64,000 bases of DNA from Camelus dromedarius (GCF_036321535.1 NC_087437.1:98830001-98894000); one strand, 5' to 3'; shown: positions 13,141 to 26,330, counted from the stretch's first letter. Program-made: numbers and translations. The notes: a model not told the origin generated them from the letters alone.

Positions 13141-14389
13141 ATATTAGAAAATAAAATTTATCTGTACTGGAGAAAGTCATGTACTTAGAAATATAAAAGA
13201 CATTTAATTAAAACAGATTTAAGCCTGATATAGCTGGTTGACGTATTTAAATTTCAGGCCTAGACAAAATAAGTTTCATAGGCATTAACATGGTTGGGGT
13301 GCAGACAAGTGATGTATAAAGGAAAGTTGGCATCAAACTTTTCTGCAGTACTAAATGTCAGAGGATCATGGAGCAACCTTCAGAGTTCATGAAAATCACT
13401 CTATGATCCAAGAATTCCATATCCAGTCAAGCTAACACATGTATAAGAAAAAATAAATGCAGAAATAAATACCTAAGTAGACTTCCATAAAAAGTGCAAG
13501 AAGAAAGTAACAGCTCATGGACACCCAATCAAGATCGGAAATCTAAGAAGGGAGAAAACAGAAGTAGTGTTTTCAGCATGGTTACAATGTACGAAGCAAG
13601 CACTGTTCCAAATACCTTACACCTGTTAACCCGGTCAATCTTTTGCAGGCAAAATCCATAATAAATTTGTAAAAGGTATGAACTTTTATGTGCTATACAC
13701 CATGGCACTGCAAAAACAACAAAATCTAATGGAACCGTGTAAAATCGAGAAAACGTAATCATGGTAAGAAATATTTAAAGTTTTCAGCCTTTGGTCATTC
13801 AAGACAAAAGTTTAGTATATAAAACCATTGATATCATATTTAATATGTTAATTTAGAAAATAGAAAATATAAAAACAATAATTTAGTGATAAAGAAATAT
13901 GTATAAAGTGGTTAAGGACATTGCCTAAAGAATGATACAACCTGGGTACCAAATGTGTTTCCCCCATTTACAAGCAGGGTTTGGGGCAATATGTAAGTAC
14001 TCATTCAATATTAATAGCTATAACTATAACTAATAATGTTATATACAGAATTTCGAACTTTATCAACAGAAAATAATCTTTCTTTCTAAATGTCTTAGGG
14101 ATATTTACAAAAAAATAATAACATACTATGTCTGAGAAACTCAATAAATTATCAAAGGTAGAAATTGTATGAACCATATGGATGCACACAAAAAAATTCA
14201 AAATTACTAGTAAAAGATAAACAAGCCAAAAAAAAAAAAATCAGACTACAGGGAAACTTTAAAACACTGTCCTAATTAACTCATGAAAGAAGAAATTGAG
14301 TGCACTTTTAAATTCTCCTGAATATAAACAGTGATACGTCTATTCATGAAACCTAAGTGATCATGGTAAAACAATAAAACTTAACAAAT

Positions 14390-15420
14390 ACAACAATGAA
14401 GAACATCTTTATGGCTTTAGAATAAACAAAGATGTTTTAAACAAGAAATAAAAACACCTCTTCAAAGGAAACAAAGTGATACACTGAACGATATTAAAAT
14501 TAAAAACTATGTTTATCAAAAAGAGATCATTGAGAGGGTGAAAGAAAACCTACAGAGAAGAAGAAGATACTGATAATACAGATAGGTAACAAAAATCTCA
14601 TAAGCAGAAAGAAACTTTAAAAAAAATCTTTAAGAGAATACGATCAAAACGTGGACAAAAATTTGAAGTCACTTCAAAAAGAAAATACCTAAATGGCCAA
14701 TAAACTAGGAAAAATACTAACTTTGCTAGACAACAGAAAAATACAAATTAAATCTATAATGTGAAATCACTGCACACTCACAGAATGGCTAAAATTAAAA
14801 AGAACATCAATATCAAATTTTGGCAAGGATACGGAGTAACCAAATGTCTCATCCTTGCTGATAAGCATGAAACGTAACAACCAGTTTGGAAAACCAGCAG
14901 TATCAACTAATGCTGAATACGTATATTCCAGGTATATTCCCAACAGAAATGCATCTGTATGTTCACCGAAACATAGCTACTAGAATGTTCATAGCAACGC
15001 TATATATGATACTGTATAAGTAGAAAGGATCCAAATGTCCAGAATGGATAAACTAATTGTGATGTGGTCACAGAATGAAATACTGTCTAGCAATGAGAAT
15101 GTAGCTCATAAATAACGTTAAGCCAAAGATGTCACGTGGAAGACTACAAACTGCATTTTCCCTTTATATAAAGTACAAAAAAAAGGAAAACTTAATCTAT
15201 GCTGTTGAGTTCCTTGTAAGAGGGCTGTGACTAGAAGGGAGGGTTCTGGGAAGCTGGTGTATTCTGTTTCTTGATCCAAGTGCAGGTCACGCAGGTTTGC
15301 TCACTTGGGACGGCTTATATGAACATATTCAGTCTGAAAACATTCATTAAGCTTTATACCCATGGTATGTGTACTTTTCTCCATGTATATTAGTTATCAT
15401 TCAACAAAATATTTTAAATA
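14390..15420 (+). mobile_element. L1MC/L1ME-like ORF2 C-terminus and 3'UTR
   Basis: CAGAATGGCTAAAATTAAAAAGA, TAGAATGTTCATAGCA, TCCAAATGTCCA, TTCTGTTTCTTGATC motifs. Confidence 0.75.
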
Positions 15421-15749
15421 TCTTATGGGACCAGGTAAAAAATGCACTCATAGGAAAATGAAGAGCATTTTATGCTTAACAAAGGAATATCACTTAAGAA
15501 TATAAAAAAGAACAACATGAAACTAGGAAGTAGGCACAGAAAGGAGAATTAATAGAGATGAAGAACTGTAATTAAACGAATTATAAAATATTAAAATGCA
15601 AAAATGATAAATCCAAGCACTAGTTTGCTAAAAAGACCTACAGGATAAGCAAAGCTCTAGAAGAGCTAAATGGGGTGAAAAAGAAAGGAAAAGAGGCAAA
15701 AACCTAAATTTGAAACACACCAAAGGAGACTGAGGATATTATTATAGAT

Positions 15750-15964
15750 CAGATTTTCTCAACAATATTACTGCTGACATTTGGGCCAGAAAATTCCTTG
15801 CTATACAGGGGGCTGCTTTCTGCATTGTAAAATGTTTATCAGCATCCCTGAAGTCCACCAGCTAGATGCCAGAAGCACTCCCACCCATCTCTGAGCTACA
15901 AAAATATCTCCATACAGTGCCAAATGTCCCCAGGAGAGGCCAATCACCCCCTGTTGGGAACATC
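15750..15964 (+). mobile_element. MER20 (hAT-Charlie) non-autonomous DNA transposon
   Basis: TGACATTTGGGCCAGAAAATTC...GCATTGTAAAATGTTTATCAGCATCCCTG...CTAGATGCCAG...TGCCAAATGTCCCC; degenerate 8-bp TSD TTATAGAT/CCATAGAT. Confidence 0.85.
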
Positions 15965-16289
15965 ACCATAGATAGCAAGGCTAAAGAATGTATAACTCTA
16001 TGCTAAAATCTTTGAAAATCTGAGTGAAAAATAATTTTCTAGGAAAATATGAGCTATTAAAAATTGAAAACGTGGTAGAAAGTTTCCACAAACAAAAATA
16101 CGTTAAAATTGTTGTTGAAGTATCATTATCCTAAAAACATGCAAATTATGCACTTTCAATGCTGTTACATGAATTTGTCTGTCTGTTCATGCCCTGGTAA
16201 TACTCTTCTTTAGTTACTGTGACAGATGATTCCTTTCAAATTTCTAAGAACTAAATCTTTCATCTCCTATTTAGACTATTATAAAGAGG

Positions 16290-16572
16290 AGCCATACAAT
16301 AGAAATATAATAAGGCATAAGAGATAAAAACTGGGTAAACTGAATTTTGTAAAAGTATATCATTGTAATAATATATTAACTGTAATAATTAGGTTTTATA
16401 AAAGCAGATACACTCAAAATATTATTCCAATATATAATCAATATAAAAATGAGATATTTGTACTTTTTTTTCAGATTAAGTCTTTGAAATCTGACATGTA
16501 TGTACCACTTACGGAACACCTCAATTCAGATGAGCCATATTCAATTCCTCAGTGTGTATTGGACAGCATGGT
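16290..16572. mobile_element. MER33/MER3-like hAT fossil
   Basis: AATCAATATAAAAATGAGATATTT...AAGTCTTTGAAATCTG...CACCTCAATTCAGA...TATTGGACAGC. Confidence 0.6.
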
Positions 16573-18100
16573 TATAGAGCATATTTAAAGATGGAAATTT
16601 CGTAGATTTATTTTCTAAAGACAGTAAAAACATAGCCTTTAAAAAATAAATAAAAGCAAAGAAATCATAGACAAATCTCATTTAAGAATTTAGGTATAAA
16701 AATTACAAACAAAATATTAGCAAAACACTGAGAATTACCTTAAAATGGTAATATGCCATTCATGACCCAGTATGGTTATTCTAGGAATACAAGATATAAT
16801 TCAAAATTAGACCCTATTAATATTATTTATCATATACTACATAAAGGAAGAAAAATTATATGATCAGCTTGATACCAGAAATGTATTTTGTTAATAAAAT
16901 TTAGCTTTTATTCTTGATTTTTTAAAAAATCTTAGTTTTTAGATGGCTTAATATCTGACAGGCTACATATTAGAATTCAAAACCTGGTATCAAAGGTAAA
17001 AGTAAAAGTGTCATTTTAAATAAAGCCAAGAGTGAACTAAGAGTAGGACTATCTTAATGTTTAGAAGATTCACTATGTATATTTAAAATGTCAATTCTCC
17101 TCTAATTTATGAATGTTTTGCAAGTCCAATAGATGTCAAAATTCTTAAAAATACTAGTTGGAAGAAGATATAAGAGAGAATTGCCCAGAGTTTGTTGGTT
17201 TTTTTTAATGAAGTGTGATTTTCTCTATGAGATGTTAATAGAAATAACAGAAAAATTTAAAATAGTGTGAAAGGAAAAGCAGGCAGAACAATGAAACAAC
17301 ATAAAGTCCAGAAAGAGACTCAAATATTTATAGAAATTTAATACATAGTAAAATTATCTTTCAATTCCAGTAGAGGAAAGACAGATTCTTTATAAATATT
17401 TGAAAACCGAGATACAATATATGTTTATTGAAATACTATTCACATGTGAAAAATAGGAAGCAACTAAAATGCCTAAGATTTTGAAATTTGTTATATAAAT
17501 TATGATATATTTATGCAATTAAATGCATTCAGCCATTTTAAACTACATTGTAGAAAAGTATTTAAATCTATAGCAAGATGCTTATTATATGGTGTTAATC
17601 AAAAATGAAACATTTTACCCAGTACACCACACCATTCCTACCCATCCCAGAAAACACAGGATTTTTAGAAGTCTTTCTGTTGAAACTGTTTAAACACCAT
17701 GGACACTTGCCAGTTTTTTTGGTATCACCGCAAATTTTGCAAAGATAGTACGTTTTCTAATCATTTGTTTTTTACCCAAATATTTCTGACCTTTTTAAGT
17801 AATGGCAAATTTTTCCACCGTGATTTCTTCTTCAGCACCAAGGAGTATTAAATCTCCTTCACGCAAACATGTTACCACCTTTGTAACTTGTGTGGCCCTT
17901 ACCCCATCCTTATCCTTTTGAGGAGAAACTTGTGGTTTCACTCCTCTTTCATTTATTTAAAATGCCCCACACTGTTAAAATAGAGTTATTCTTCCAAATG
18001 ATCTATATTCTTTCATACTTTTTTTTCGCTTATGATGTTATCTCAACTTGAAAATTCCTTGATATTGTTCTCCACCTAAGTAAATCCTATAGTTTATTCA

Positions 18101-18488
18101 TGATGAAGAATACCAGAATATCCCATCTCAAAATATGCCTCTTCGGCAGAAGGATTATTTAGAACTAAAGGCAACTGAGAACCAGCAGGCACAGAGAAAG
18201 CTCTCTGCCTCCCCCTAACTTCCAAAATATGCAAAGTATGAATTTCCCTTTTTGTAAAGGAAATTTACATTTATAAAGAAATTTCTGTAACAAAAAGAAG
18301 ACCCAAAGTAACAGACCTGAGCATTTGATGCTAGGTTTTATGAGAAGTAGACGGTCATAGAGGAAACTGACGGGCTACCAGAGGTCAGATGACCTGCCTG
18401 CTCTCTCGTTTTCTCAAACTCCTTCAGCTTAACGTCTTCACTATTCCAGAGTGCCATATTTTGGGTTAGTGTGTCCTGAACCCTATCA
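18101..18488. mobile_element. Two MER34/MER39-family ERV1 LTR 5' portions joined in opposite orientation
   Basis: Plus strand starts TGAAGAATACCAGAATATCCCATCTCAAAATATGCCTCTTCGGC; minus strand starts TGATAGGGTTCAGGACACACTAACCCAAAATATGGCAC. Confidence 0.65.
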
Positions 18489-21400
18489 AAATCATTCTAT
18501 TAAAGTTTCAAAATGGTCTGTCCACCTAGACTTTAAGTCAAGGGGATGAATGAGCAAAAAGGAAAAAAGGCAATCAGGATATCTTAAAGCTAAAAGTGAA
18601 CTTGTAAAGATGGACGTGTATAATCAAACTTCCACCACCCCCCCACCCCCCCAGATAAACACCGGAATCCTTCTTTCTCTTTCTTTCTCTTACAATAAGC
18701 TTCTGTTGGTTACACTGCTGCTCCTCAAACACTGGTCTGTAGTTTCTCTTTCTTTTTTTTTTCTAAAACATCAGCTCTGTAAATTTTTGTAGGAGCTTAA
18801 TGAACAAGCACTAAGTTGTGAGCTCCCGGAGGACACCTGTGTCTTATTCAGTGATATTTCCCGAGAACCTCATGAATACCAGGCAGGCAAGATGGCCTAT
18901 ATTTAGTTGAGAATATATTGTTATTAATTCTCTTAGGACCAATGGAACACTTGTTCTCCCAATATCCATCCACATGGCAAAACTGTGTGAAGAATAACAA
19001 TCAGAGAGATCTCCAAATTGCTCCTTTGATGTATTTTATTGATACATGAAAGGACAAAAGCTCAGGAAAGCACTTTCTCCTCTGAATCCTATTTGCCTTA
19101 GATCAATAACATGCAGAAAATAACAATCACAGGACAAATGAGAATCATCTTGCCTACAACACAGCACAAACGGAAGAAGAGTATAATGAGAGAACTCTGT
19201 CAGTTACAATGTGTTGCGTTCAGAGGCTTTTTTGGTGCCTCCTCAGTTGTTCCTATTATGTTCCAGCAATGCTAAGACTGAGATGTACTAAAGTTAGATA
19301 GAATGTCTAGGAAATAGGGACCTAGATGGCCTTATGATTTGTTAACTTATTAGAAGGCATTGTATTTCCTAGACAAATGAAATACAACACTGACATGCTT
19401 CTAATGTTTTTAAAGTTCTGTGGTTCATTTATCAAATTGTAGAACATACCAGCCTCAGAGCCTCCCTCACTGCTTGCTTTCCCTAAGCATAGCTTTAATC
19501 TCAGATTTAAGTTTAAATGGTGAATTGCCTTAGAAAGCTGGTCAATTATTTTTAAATGTTTATTAAACACCAAATACAAGTGAATCATTCTGCCGGATGT
19601 TTTACATAATTCTACCCAAAATTTAACCATTAAACAGCTCTTCTGAGGCTTACATTTTTGTTGCTATTTGTGCTTGAGGAAACTAAAGAGTTAAGAGAGC
19701 CGTGACTGCCCCCGCCTCACCACCTAAACAAATCTGTGGTTGCATACTGGAAGCCCCAACGGTGAGTTCATGATCTTTTCATTGTACCAGACCTAGCTCT
19801 ACGTTGATCCAACCCATGGTAGTTTCAAAAGCCATCTTCTTTATAAAACAGGGTCAAACTAGATATTCTCCACCCACCAGCCCACCTGTATCTCCAACAA
19901 AAATTCTGCCCTGTAAGAGCAATTTGCCTTATTCCTTCCACCTGCCAGATGAACCAACCTCAGAATAGGTTCAACAAAGAACAACTGGGTATCACGGAAG
20001 CTCGGTGCCAGCTGAGGAATTACAGGACCTGGATTCCCTCCACCCCTGATTCTTACTGGCTGTGGGATCTGTACCCAATTGCTCAACTTCTCTCAGCCTA
20101 CATTCCTCATCTTTAAATAAGAAGGTTAACCATCCAGTTCCATAGGATATTTTAGTCTGATTTGTAGTGGAATTTCTAAGAGAGTAAGTATATTTTATGT
20201 CTGCTTTAAATTAGCATTTAATCAGCAAATTGCAAAGTAGGGACGTTGCCTACAACCTTAAAAAGAGAAAGCATCGCCTCTCAACCACACTCTACTGTCA
20301 TTTGGATTCTATTCCCCCCATATCACCCTCTTTTAAAGAATACAATTATTTTTTTTAAAAAATCTCATTAACATGTTTTTGTTTATTACTTGGCATTTAA
20401 AATGTGCTCCTCCTATACTGAAATACTGAAATCCAAACCCTACCAAAAGAGAGTGGATTCCTTAAGATGTTGTAAGGCCAGCAGCACTCTAGCTATCAGA
20501 CAGTAATAAATCGGGATGACAGGTAGTGCTGCCTGCGGTGCATTTCATGGTGAGAATGGTAAGGGCTTAGCAGCTTCCCATTAAATTAATGAGAAGCCCA
20601 GGCCTCTTTGGCCAGAGGGAGTGAGCAACATAATGCGGCCCTCCAAACACCCTTCTACCACCCTGGGAATGAAAGGCGAGATTGAAAGGACAACCAATTC
20701 AGTTAAGTGTTTGGCTTTCCATGCTGTTTATTCCCTAGATCAAACTGTTATTCCATTATTCTCTCAGTTTGGTTTTCAAGATCAGCAGTCACTAAACTGG
20801 CCTTTTTAAGGTATTTTAGGTTGTTTACACTCTTGCACCCTGAATAAATAAGAAATGCAAGGATCAGGAATCCCTCCAGATTTCTGAAAATATCCAGTAG
20901 AGGGATCTTTTGAATTGGGGTTTACGAAGCGGCCTTCATTTGATAAGTCTGTTTTTACCATTGGCAACTCTTTGGTCTGCTATGTAAAGGAAGGCAGCCC
21001 AATTAGTTAAAGGTAAATAAAGAATTAAGTGGGAATCTAATTTATCTTGAGGCAGAGTGCAAAGATGGGAGGAGTATTGGTTTAGAAATTAGGCAAATTG
21101 TGCTACGAAGAACCTGTGCAGCCAGGAACCACTCATGGCATCTCTCAAGATCTCAGTCTCTTCGTTGGTAAAAGAACTGGTTTGACAATATGAGGGATGA
21201 ATTTTTCCAACATTTTGAAATATCCTGATCTCTTTGAAAACAAAGAGAAATATGATCAACGAGTAGGTAGCTGATGCTGTTGCTGAAAATTAATATTCTA
21301 GGATTTACCTTGTCTTGGGCAAGATCCTCTTCTCTAAATAGGGCTAGTGTTCTCTATGATCTAGTTTCCTCTTAGTGAACATGCAGACTCGAGTCCATGG

Positions 21401-23900
21401 AACTTTTACTTATGTATTGAAGAGTAGGCACACAGAACGATTTCCTCACACTGCCACTATCAGTGTTGTTTACCCTGACTCGCATCAACTGTTTAGACAA
21501 CATTGATCAACCAGTCTCAATACAATCTGTTTGTTTTTCTACTTCCTTTACTCCATAATTTAATTCTCTTAACCGCCAGGGAAAAATCCTTAGACATCAC
21601 TTTGAAAGAGTTCATTTCTTATAATCTTTTAAAACATAGATCATGCAGTGACTGTGTTTCCATTTAGTGGATTAATTCTCTGTCTTTTCTGATTCTTTGT
21701 CTTGTCATCCCAATACTCATTAACATCTCAGCCAGAGAATGGAAGCTTAAAGAAAGCTGCTGAAGATTGAAGGTAATTTATAGGTTTGGATAAAAGTTTT
21801 TTAGATTATGAAAACCTGTAACATTAACATTTACATGAAGAAACGTAGGGGTTTGCTAGATCTGTATGCTCTATGGACTTCTGAGACAGCTCGAGCCCCA
21901 CAAAAATAGTAAAATTAAAATTTAATATGCAGTTTCTTTGTTAATTTTTATAAAAGACTACAAAGAAAAATAGCAACCTTGAATGTTTACTGTTTGTCAA
22001 GCACTTTACGTGTATTAGCTTGTTTTATCTCATATTAGCCCTAAAAGAGTTATGAGTTCTGATTTACAAATTAAAACACTGAGATTAAGTGAAGTAAAGT
22101 ACTGAATGCGTGGTCCTAAACAGCAGTTAGTATCACCAACTCTGGTCCTGATGGCTCTGAAAGTGATGTTCTTTTTTTACCGTATATCAGCATTTCTCTT
22201 GCAAAACCTGTTAGATAGTCCCCCCTCCCCCCTTTTTTATCTTTGTACTTTTCTTTCTCTCTCCTTTCTTAAGCTCAAGGTAAAGGCTTTTTATTTCAAC
22301 TATTACCAATCTGCCAAGATTTTGAATCTAATAATAAAATATTATTTATTCATTTATTTTTATTAAAGTATAGTTGATTACTACTATTAATACTAGCATT
22401 TATTGAGAACTATGTGGCCTGAGCACTTTGCAAACATCCTCTTACCTAATATGGGATGGGGTGGGTGTTGTAAGTGTTTACACTTGAAAACAAAGGTTTG
22501 AGGAGATTTAGAAACTTACCTAAGATAAAAATTCTTGGTTGTTTCTAAAGAAAAAAAACTCGATCCTATATCTGTCTAATTATAAAGCTTGTGTTCTTGG
22601 CCACTATGAAGAAATCTAGGGCTGAGAATGAACATATATGGTAATTTTTCTTTTTTTTTTAATTTCAAGCAGAAGGGATTAAATTAAATTCAATTTTTTA
22701 CATATATATATATTTTTTTTTTAATTTGGTTGATCTATATTCTAAAAAGTTCCATTAACTTTTTGGCTATTCAAAAAACAACTTGTTGGGATTTCCAGTC
22801 AAGATGGCAGAGCAGTAGAACCACAAGCTCACCTCTCCTTGCAACTACAACAAAACCGCAACTGACTGCTAAACAACCATTGGAAAAAAAGACTGGAGTC
22901 TAGCAAAAAAGATCTTCAACTGGAAACATGAAGAGGGAACCACAGTGGGATGGTAGGAGGGGTGTGCTAGAGATATAATCGGACTCCATTACCCCCCGGG
23001 TGGGAGACCCACAAGCTGAAGAATAATTAATTCACAGAGGCTCTCCCCCAGGAGTGAGAGTTCTGAGCCCCACATCAGGCTCCCCAGCCCAGGGTTCTGG
23101 CAGTGGGAGGTGGAGACCCCAGGACATCTGGCTTTGAAAGCCAGTGGGGATTAACTCCAGGAGCTCCATGGGACTGGGGTTGGGGGGGGGGGTACAGAGA
23201 TTTTGTTCTCTTGGGAAGTGCACACAGAACCTGGCACTTGCCAGATTCAAGGATAGAGGCAGTGATTTCATAGGAACTTGGGCCAGATCTGCCTGCTGGT
23301 TTTGGATTTGGAAGTTCTCCTGGGAAGCTGGGGGATAGCTGCAGCTCACCCAGGGGACATAAAAGCTAGGGGTGGACCATTCTGGGAGTGTTCATTTACA
23401 TGAGCTTTCATGGAGTCTGATATTTTGATTGGCTCATTAGCACCAAGATTTAGCCCCACCCAAGAGCCTGTAGGCTTGGGGCTGGGAAGCCTCAGGCCAA
23501 ACAACATACTGGGTGAGGACACAGCCCCACCCATCAGCAGACCTCCTGAGCCACAAACACCTCTAGACACAGCCCTACCCAGCTGAGGTCCAGGACCAAG
23601 CTTTACCCAGATGTGGGCAGGTACTGACTCCTCCTGCCAGGAAAACTGCATAAGCCTCTAGTCCAGCCTCATCCACCGAGGGCAGATACCAGAAATAAGA
23701 AAATAATAATCCCAAAGCCTGTGGAAGGAATCCACAAACAGAAGCCAAACTCTACACTGGGACAGGCTGGATCCTGGCCTTTGGGTGACAAGAAAGGATT
23801 GCACTGCTGGGATGCACAGGACGTCTCCCATAGAAGGCCACTTCTCCAAGGTGAAGAAGTTAACTAACCTCCCTAAAAATACAATAGAAAGATAGACAAC

Positions 23901-24784
23901 ATGAGGTGGCAGAGGAATATCTTCCAGGCCAATGCACAAGATAAAATCCCAGAAGAAGAAATAAGTGGTAAGGAGATAGGCAATTTATCTGAGAAAGATT
24001 TTAAAGTAATGATGGCAAAGATGTTCAGAGAACTCAAGAGGAGTATAGATGCACAGAGCAAAGTTTTTAGTAAAGAGTTGGAAAATATAAAAAATACTCA
24101 GAGTTGAAGAATAAAATTACTGAAATGAATAACACACTAAAAGGAACCAAGAATAGACTAAATGAGGCAGAAAAGATCAGTAAGCTAGAAGACAGATTAG
24201 TGGAAATACTACTGCAGAACAGAAAAAAAGGAAAAAGAATGAAAAGAAATGAGGATAATTAAAGAGAACTCTGAGACAACATGAAGCGCACTAATATTTG
24301 CATTATAGGGTCCCAGAAAGAGGAGAGAGAGTGAAAGGATCTGAGGAAATATGTGAAGAGTTAATAACCAAAAACTTCCCCAACTTGGGAAAGGAAACAG
24401 TCACCCAAGTCCAGGAAGCACAGAGGGTACCACACAGGATCAACCCAAAGAGGAACATACCAAGACACATAGGAATCAAACTGACAAAAATTAAGGATAA
24501 GGAGAAAATATTAAAATCAGCAAGAGAAAAGCAACAAATAACATACAAGGGAACTCCCATAAGGTTATCGGCTGATTTTTCAGCAGAAACTCTACAGGCC
24601 AGAAGGGAGTGGCAAGATATATTTAAAGTAATAAAAGGGAAAAACTTACAACCAACAATACTCTATCCAGCAAGGCTCTGGTTCATATTTGACGGAGAAA
24701 TCAAAAGCTTCACAGATAAACAAAAGCTAAAAGATTTCAGCACCACCAAACCAGCTTTACAGTAATGTGAAAGGAATTTCTCTA
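23901..24784 (+). pseudogene. L1 ORF1p (RNA-binding/chaperone) remnant, disrupted by stops and frameshifts
   Basis: ORFs 23901-24107 and 24298-24765 contain NFPNL, EAQRVP, PRHI, AREKQQITYKGTPIRLSADFSAETLQARREW and ILYPA motifs of L1 ORF1p. Confidence 0.92.
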
Positions 24785-24855
24785 GTCATCAAACTGCAAG
24801 AAAAGAGAACAAAAAGAAGAAAGAGCAAAAAAAAAAAAACTAAAGACCTACAAAA

Positions 24856-25149
24856 GATTGCTTTGGCGTCTCAGGGTCTTTTATGGTTCCATATTAATTT
24901 TGGAATTGCTTGTTCTAGTTCTGTGAGAAATGTTGGTATTTTGACAGGGGTTGCATAGGATCTGTGGGTTGCTTTGGGTACTGTGGCCATTTTGATAGTG
25001 TTATTTCTTCCAATGCAAGAGCACAAGATGTCTTCCCATTTCTTTGTATCATATTCAATTTCCTTCATCAATGTTTTACAGTTTCCAGAGTACAGGTAAC
25101 CTCCTTGGTTAGGTTTATTTCTAGGCATTCTGTTGTTTTTGATGCAATG
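24856..25149 (-). pseudogene. Inverted L1 ORF2 fragment (region C-terminal to the RT domain)
   Basis: Minus-strand peptide LEINLTKEV...KTLMKEIEYDTKKWEDILCSCIGR...PKLIWNHKRP. Confidence 0.88.
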
Positions 25150-25212
25150 GAAATGTTTATGCCAGTTACAAAATTCCGGTTTTTGAAGTGGGGGAAAAAA
25201 AGTGAATGAAGA

Positions 25213-25762
25213 GCCACAAATAGCAAAATATCCTTCTTTTTTGTGACTGAGTTGTATTCCATTACATATGTGTGCTATATCTTCTTTATCCATTCATCTA
25301 TCGATGTGCACTTGAGATGCTTCCATGTCTTGGCAATTGTAAGAGGTGCTGTTGTTAATAGCAGGGTGTATGTATCTTTTTAAAGAATCAATGTTTTTGT
25401 TTTTCTCAGGTATATATGCTCAGAAGTGGAATTGTTGGGCCATGTGGTGGTTCTGGTTTTGGGTTTTTAAGAAAGCTCCATATTGTTTTCCATGGTAGCT
25501 GCACCAATTTACATTCCCACCAACAGTGTACAAGGGTTCCCTTTTCTCCATATCCTTGCCAATATTTGTTATTTGTGTTCTTTTTGATGATGGCCATTCT
25601 GACAGGTGTGAGATGGAGTCTCAATGTGGTTTTGATTTGCATTTCCCTGATATTGGCAATGTTGAGCAAATTTTCATTTTCCTGTTGGCCACCTGCATTT
25701 CTTCTTTTGGAAAAATATTCAGCTCTTCTGTCCGTATTTAAAATGGGTTGTTTGTTTGCTTT
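25213..25762 (-). pseudogene. Inverted L1 ORF2 C-terminal (Cys-rich) fragment
   Basis: Minus-strand peptide [24 protein letters not shown]...[21 protein letters not shown]. Confidence 0.9.
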
Positions 25763-26295
25763 TTAATTGAAGTACAGTTGATTTAAAATTTTGTATTAGT
25801 TTCTGGTGTACAGCATAGATGGACTTGGAGGCCATATGCAGAGAAGGACAAATATTGAAGGATTTCACTTATATGTGGAATCTAAAAAAAATACAACAAA
25901 CTAGTGAATATAACAGAAAAGAAACAGACTCACAGATGTAGAGAAGGAACTAGTGGTTACAAGAGGAGAGAAGGAAGGGAGAGGGGCAAGATGGAGGTGG
26001 AGGATTAAGAGATACAAACTGTCAGGTATAAAATAAGCTACAAGGATGTATTGTACAACATGGGGAATATAGCCAATATTTTATAATAACTATAAATGGA
26101 GTATAACCTTTAAAAATTGTGAATCACTGTATCACATACCTGTAACATATAATATTATACATAAACTATACTTCAGTTTAAAAATATGATATTGTGAAAT
26201 AAATACATAAAGTTTAAAAAAACTACTTGTTCTACACTTTGGAAAAACAGAAGACTCACAGAACAAAATAAAATGCTGTTGATGTTATGATATTG

Positions 26296-26330
26296 CACTG
26301 CCACCTGGTGGCCATTGAGGGAAATACATA
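26296..26330 (-). promoter_or_regulatory. CTCF binding site (core plus upstream motif)
   Basis: Minus strand reads TGTATTTCCC-TCAA-TGGCCACCAGGTGGCAGTG: near-consensus core preceded by a TGCAGTTCCC-like upstream module. Confidence 0.75.

Larger units (their letters stand above)
11800..17600 (+). mobile_element. Highly decayed ancient L1 (L1ME-like; ORF1 and ORF2 remnants) hosting nested younger insertions
   Basis: A-rich plus strand with colinear L1 relics: ORF1-like at 12.0-12.25 kb and 13.2-13.45 kb; ORF2-like TTTGAAAATCTGAGTGAAAA...TTTTCTAGGAAAATAT, CATGACCCAGTATGGTTATTCTAGGAATACAAGAT and AAGTCCAGAAAGAGACTCAAATAT. Confidence 0.6.
22788..26216 (+). mobile_element. Rearranged L1 (5'UTR and ORF1 sense, inverted ORF2 pieces, sense 3'UTR) with 15-bp TSD
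   Basis: Starts GGGATTTCCAGTCAAGATGGC; TSD AAAAAACAACTTGTT (22773-22787) and AAAAAACTACTTGTT (26217-26231); ORF1 and ORF2 peptides recognisable in the ORF track. Confidence 0.9.

Noticed and set aside
17620..17900. Short minus-strand reading frame (ATQVTKVVTCLREGDLILLGAEEEITVEKFAIT) as a possible exon or viral fragment
   Set aside because: Closed by a stop, no convincing splice sites and no family I can recognise; more likely a decayed repeat.
24298..24765. Longest ORF (155 aa) as a functional gene
   Set aside because: It is the C-terminal half of L1 ORF1p with a non-ATG start and upstream frameshifts and stops; nothing indicates domestication.
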